DNA of 49,275 bases. Source: an uncultured Planctomycetales bacterium. Its GTDB lineage: Bacteria > Omnitrophota > Gorgyraeia > Zapsychrales > JANLHA01. The stretch covers positions 8,589 through 57,863 of the forward strand of contig CAZWOH010000001.1 of the NCBI GenBank assembly GCA_964635405.1, in the 5' to 3' direction. A program made the position numbers and the translations under genes. Below are positions 46,069 to 49,275 of the stretch, piece by piece. Below the pieces are notes generated by a model. That model had not been told where the DNA came from. It saw only the letters and a list, made by a program, of their open reading frames with translations, and made no database searches. The stretch's first letter is position 1. Each line of letters begins with the position of its first letter.

Positions 46069-47295
46069 ATGAAGTTTAAAATTTTTGCATTCTTATTGTT
46101 GTCAGCTATCTTTTTGGCCGGATGCGGAAGTGATTATAAAGAAGATCTGAAGCAAGCGGACAAAATATATGAAGCTGGCGACAGAGAATCTGCAAAGAGG
46201 CTGTATATCAAGGCCGCTAATAGGGGCAGTGCAGATGCTCATTTTGCGATTGCCTATAAGTATAATGTGACCCCAGAGGAAAGCATTTATCACTTTTCGG
46301 AGGCCGCAAAAAAAGGTCACGAAGATGCTTTGGATTATGCGCTCGATGCTCTGTTATTTAGAGCAAACAGCTTAGAAAGAGCGAATCCTAAAAAAGCGCT
46401 TGAGGTATATAAACAAGCTAAGAAGGTGAACCCATCAATAAAATTGTATGATGAGGATGTGAAGCTCAAGACGATTCAAATGAGCGTTGAACCGGGCGAG
46501 TTTGATTGGAAGGCTTTTTGCAAAAAGTATGACGTTTTGCCCCATGACGATGATGCTATGTACCACGTTTGGAGGATTGCGGAAGATGCTTCAAAAGGGG
46601 GACGGTTTGGGAAGCCGGATCCAAAGCTAATCTTGCAATTGGTATCCCGTGGCGGATGGGCTCCCGCTGAATTAGAGTATGCTGTCGAAGCGACTTATAA
46701 AGATTGGAAAGCGGGCAAAGTTAAGGAATTCAACATCTGCGATTATATCACGAGTGGCGGTGGCATGGCGTTCTGCGCTTCTAGGGCGGATGATGATGAC
46801 GAAAAAGAACGGGATACAAAAATGAAATTGATTGGTCAAAAGATTGACAGTCAGTATAGAAAATTGCTTGAATCGGCTTATGCGTCAGCGGTTAAATTCA
46901 TTGACTCCAAGGCATCAAATGAGGAGGGGCATGGAGGATCCGGGCGGGGTGCTTGGGTTGTCGGGTCTCAAATGGATCAAAAGAACGAATATTTAGATTT
47001 GGTTGAGAAAGTTCGTACTGGATTTAAGCCATCTCCTAAAAATACTTTTGTAAAAGCAGATCAGAAACTCAATGAAACCTATAAGAAGGTTATGGGTGAT
47101 CTTAAAAAGCGGGCTGATGATTACAACGTGCCCCGGGTTGATGATGTGCGTGTTGTTCAGCGTCTTTGGATTCCATATAGAGACGCCTCGGCTAAGCTAT
47201 TTTCAGCTATTAATCCCTCTGTGAATGAGGACACATGGAAGTGTTGGTTGACCGAGGTTAGGGAAAAACAGCTTAAGGATATTTTTTCTCTGTAA
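46069..47295 (+). CDS. Lipoprotein with Sel1-like repeats and a C-terminal LprI/DUF1311-like domain
   Basis: Lipobox LLSAIFLAGC. Sel1-like AANRGSADAHFAIAYKY and AAKKGHEDALDYAL. C-terminal ADQKLNETYKKV...QRLWIPYRDA. Confidence 0.75.
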   Translation: MKFKIFAFLLLSAIFLAGCGSDYKEDLKQADKIYEAGDRESAKRLYIKAANRGSADAHFAIAYKYNVTPEESIYHFSEAAKKGHEDALDYALDALLFRANSLERANPKKALEVYKQAKKVNPSIKLYDEDVKLKTIQMSVEPGEFDWKAFCKKYDVLPHDDDAMYHVWRIAEDASKGGRFGKPDPKLILQLVSRGGWAPAELEYAVEATYKDWKAGKVKEFNICDYITSGGGMAFCASRADDDDEKERDTKMKLIGQKIDSQYRKLLESAYASAVKFIDSKASNEEGHGGSGRGAWVVGSQMDQKNEYLDLVEKVRTGFKPSPKNTFVKADQKLNETYKKVMGDLKKRADDYNVPRVDDVRVVQRLWIPYRDASAKLFSAINPSVNEDTWKCWLTEVREKQLKDIFSL

Positions 47296-47296
47296 A

Positions 47297-47479
47297 TTAT
47301 ATGCAGGAAACGGGCATTTTGCTGGATTTTTGCCGGTGTTGTGATAAAATACCTTTATTGTAAGGTTGGGAATTGTCGATTGGCTCCCCTAGAGATATCA
47401 GCGATCCCATACTACGTCTACGGTAGAGTTTTATAAGTAGAGGTATTTCAAGGGGTTGTAGGGTTCGCCTATCGTCCAC
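47297..47479 (-). other. Small minus-strand ORF inside repeat copy A (possibly a gene fragment)
   Basis: Encodes (V)DDRRTLQPLEIPLLIKLYRRRSMGSLISLGEPIDNSQPYNKGILS..., the conserved peptide shared with copy B. There is only a GTG start, and an in-frame stop lies at 47558-47560. Confidence 0.35.
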
Positions 47480-47488
47480 GACTACCCG
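47342..47488. repeat. 147-bp repeat, copy A
   Basis: Aligns without gaps to 49025-49171 with 123 of 147 identities (hand count). The 3' 62 bp are nearly identical. Confidence 0.85.
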
Positions 47489-47669
47489 CCAATTTTTTGG
47501 TGAACCCTTCGTCGAGGATTCAAGGCGTTTTAGGCTTGAGTAGACGGGGATTCGAACTCAAGTTCGACCGGAGGGTTTTATCCGGTGGATGGCGGCTATA
47601 CGGCACGATAATGTGGCTTGTAAAGGGATGGTTGGCCTCAGGAGAATAAAAGAACGAGGGAATTAATTC

Positions 47670-48569
47670 GTGTTTAAAAAATTTTGTTTAATGAACGTGG
47701 TCTTCTTGTTGGCTTCCCATGGGGCTTTTGCACAGGAGGAAACACTGCAGGCGAAAATTTCGCGCATTGTTGCGCCGATGAGAGCAGAGGTTGGTGTTTC
47801 CATTCTTGGCATAGAGGACAGGAAGGCTTTGGGTGTTAATGAGGAAAGCAAGTTTCCCATGCAAAGCGTTTTTAAATTCCCTCTCGCTTTGACTGTCTTG
47901 AGCGAAGTGGATAAAGGCCGCTTGGCATTGGATCAGGAAATAAATATACGCAGGAACGATCTTTTGCCGAATACCTGGAGCCCGATAAGGGATAAGTATC
48001 CCGATGGAGATATCAAGATGTCATTGGCCGAGATTTTAAAATATACCGTGGCCCAAAGCGATAATAACGGATGCGACATTTTGCTGAAGCTTATCGGAGG
48101 GCCTGCGGTGGTAAATGATTATATACATGGCCTCGGCATCAAGGATTTTTCCGTCCAATTTAACGAACAAGAGATGCATAAAAACTGGAACGTCCAGTTT
48201 TCTAATTGGGCTACTCCCGTAGCTATCATCGAGTTGCTTAAAATTTTTTATGAAGAGAAGATTTTATCCCGTAAAAGCTTTGATTTTCTTTGGGGTGTGA
48301 TGACGGAAACAAAGACAGGGCAGAACAGGATCAAGGGGCAGTTGCCGCAAGGAACTGCGGTTGCTCATAAAACGGGGACCTCTGATACGAATAAGGAAGG
48401 AATTACGGCAGCTGTCAATGATGTGGGGATTATCACTTTACCCGACGGTAAACATGTCGCCATTGCTGTATTTATTGCCAACTCGCGCGAGGATGTCGCA
48501 ACGAATGAAAAGATCATCTCCGACATCTCCAGGGCCGTCTGGGATAATTTTGATGGACGCGTGCGGTGA
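47670..48569 (+). CDS. bla: Class A beta-lactamase
   Basis: Signal peptide MFKKFCLMNVVFLLASHGAFA. S-x-x-K (SVFK). SDN (AQSDNNGCD). KTG (AHKTGTS). GTG start behind gaggg. Confidence 0.9.
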   Translation: MFKKFCLMNVVFLLASHGAFAQEETLQAKISRIVAPMRAEVGVSILGIEDRKALGVNEESKFPMQSVFKFPLALTVLSEVDKGRLALDQEINIRRNDLLPNTWSPIRDKYPDGDIKMSLAEILKYTVAQSDNNGCDILLKLIGGPAVVNDYIHGLGIKDFSVQFNEQEMHKNWNVQFSNWATPVAIIELLKIFYEEKILSRKSFDFLWGVMTETKTGQNRIKGQLPQGTAVAHKTGTSDTNKEGITAAVNDVGIITLPDGKHVAIAVFIANSREDVATNEKIISDISRAVWDNFDGRVR

Positions 48570-48644
48570 GGCGAGAAACGTCTGGATTGTGCCGGGCGCT
48601 GGCGGCAGATAAAGAGCGTGTTGGGTTAAAGTCTCGAGAGAATT

Positions 48645-49016
48645 ATGAGTCAAAGAATGCTTACTGAGAAACAAGCAAGAGAATTTGCAAGCCATTGGAT
48701 TGATGGATGGAATTCACACAATCTGGATGCGATTATGGCGCATTATGACGAGAAAGTTGTTTTGACTTCTCCAGTCGCGCAAAAGATTATGAATATCCCA
48801 TCCGGCACAATCGAGGGCAAAGCAGCATTGCAAGTTTACTTTGCCAAAGGACTGGACTTTTACCCTGATTTAAGATTTGAACTTATTGAGGTAATGTGGG
48901 GAATAAAAAGCGTGGTTGTGCATTACAAAAATCAGAAAGGTATAAAAGTTGGGGAATTAATGGAATTTGGTCTGACAGGTAAAGTTATTAGGGTTATTGT
49001 AAATTATAATAGTTAG
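48645..49016 (+). CDS. SnoaL/NTF2-like fold protein
   Basis: 123 aa. AREFASHWIDGWNSHNLDAIMAHYDEKVVLTSP is a typical SnoaL-like N-terminus. Confidence 0.75.
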   Translation: MSQRMLTEKQAREFASHWIDGWNSHNLDAIMAHYDEKVVLTSPVAQKIMNIPSGTIEGKAALQVYFAKGLDFYPDLRFELIEVMWGIKSVVVHYKNQKGIKVGELMEFGLTGKVIRVIVNYNS

Positions 49017-49267
49017 CGCCGTTTTGATAAAATACCTTTACGGTATGGCTGGGTAGTGTCGATGGGTAGGTCAAGAGATATTAGCGACCCCGTACTTCGT
49101 TTGCGATAAATTTTTATAAGTAGCGGTATTTCAAGGGGTTGTAGGGTTCGCCTATCGTCAACGACTACCCGTATTTCCTCGTCTAGCGCCGACCTTCGAA
49201 CCTTTGGTGAAGGTTGGCGCAAATTTAGAAAAGAAATAGGAGTACTTGTGAGGCTCCGCCCGAACAA
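49013..49267 (-). other. Small minus-strand ORF inside repeat copy B. It may continue beyond the window.
   Basis: 84 aa from the ATG at 49267. Its C-terminal 50 aa are homologous to the copy A ORF. Its stop overlaps the SnoaL-like stop. Confidence 0.4.
49025..49171. repeat. 147-bp repeat, copy B
   Basis: See copy A. It begins 9 nt after the SnoaL-like stop codon. Confidence 0.85.
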
Positions 49268-49275
49268 GTGCTCCG

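Noticed and set aside
47541-47562. tRNA T-loop-like string ggggattcgaactc.
   Set aside because: The flanking bases do not form a T-stem, and no acceptor or anticodon arms can be drawn on either strand.
47297-49275. Integron attC sites / gene cassette array as the explanation for the 147-bp repeats.
   Set aside because: I could not find RYYYAAC/GTTRRRY core sites or the extended imperfect palindrome expected of attC. No intI gene is in the window, and the substitution pattern looks protein-coding. It is kept only as an alternative to test.
1-49275. CRISPR array search.
   Set aside because: The only repeats seen occur in two or three copies with irregular spacing and no spacer-like periodicity, and no cas genes are recognisable.

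Overview
This window holds the 3' end of a tRNA-Ser(CGA) gene, a roughly 36 kb lambda-like siphovirus prophage, and an AT-richer accessory region. All calls are motif- and position-based hand reads with no database searches. CDS coordinates include the stop codon.

Prophage (about 40-35923):
- A large serine recombinase lies at the left end.
- A divergent early control region carries a thrice-repeated promoter-like motif and a phage sigma factor.
- The replication module has an SNF2 helicase, a VRR-NUC nuclease and a primase-helicase, next to an iteron-like ori.
- A ParB-methyltransferase is followed by TerS and TerL (gpA type), an Ogr-like zinc finger, gpW, portal, protease/scaffold, decoration protein and major capsid.
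- The tail module includes a gpG/gpGT -1 frameshift, tape measure, and gpM/L/K plus an I-J fusion.

Most unusual content (28.8-34.2 kb): inside the tail-fibre module, a 241-aa protein with 17 cysteines and three N-terminal repeats is co-operonic with three paralogous radical SAM/SPASM enzymes and a DUF1566 protein. I read this as a candidate phage-encoded protein-crosslinking (RiPP-like) system acting on a virion or receptor-binding component.

Downstream accessory region:
- 36.1-40.0 kb: a restriction-modification cassette (RHH regulator, two methyltransferases, one endonuclease) bracketed by two homologous promoter-short transcript-terminator units.
- 40.2-47.3 kb: a DUF2188 gene, then a tightly coupled five-gene operon of mostly unrecognisable proteins that is a possible defence system.
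- 47.3-49.3 kb: a class A beta-lactamase plus a SnoaL-like gene, flanked by two 147-bp repeats.
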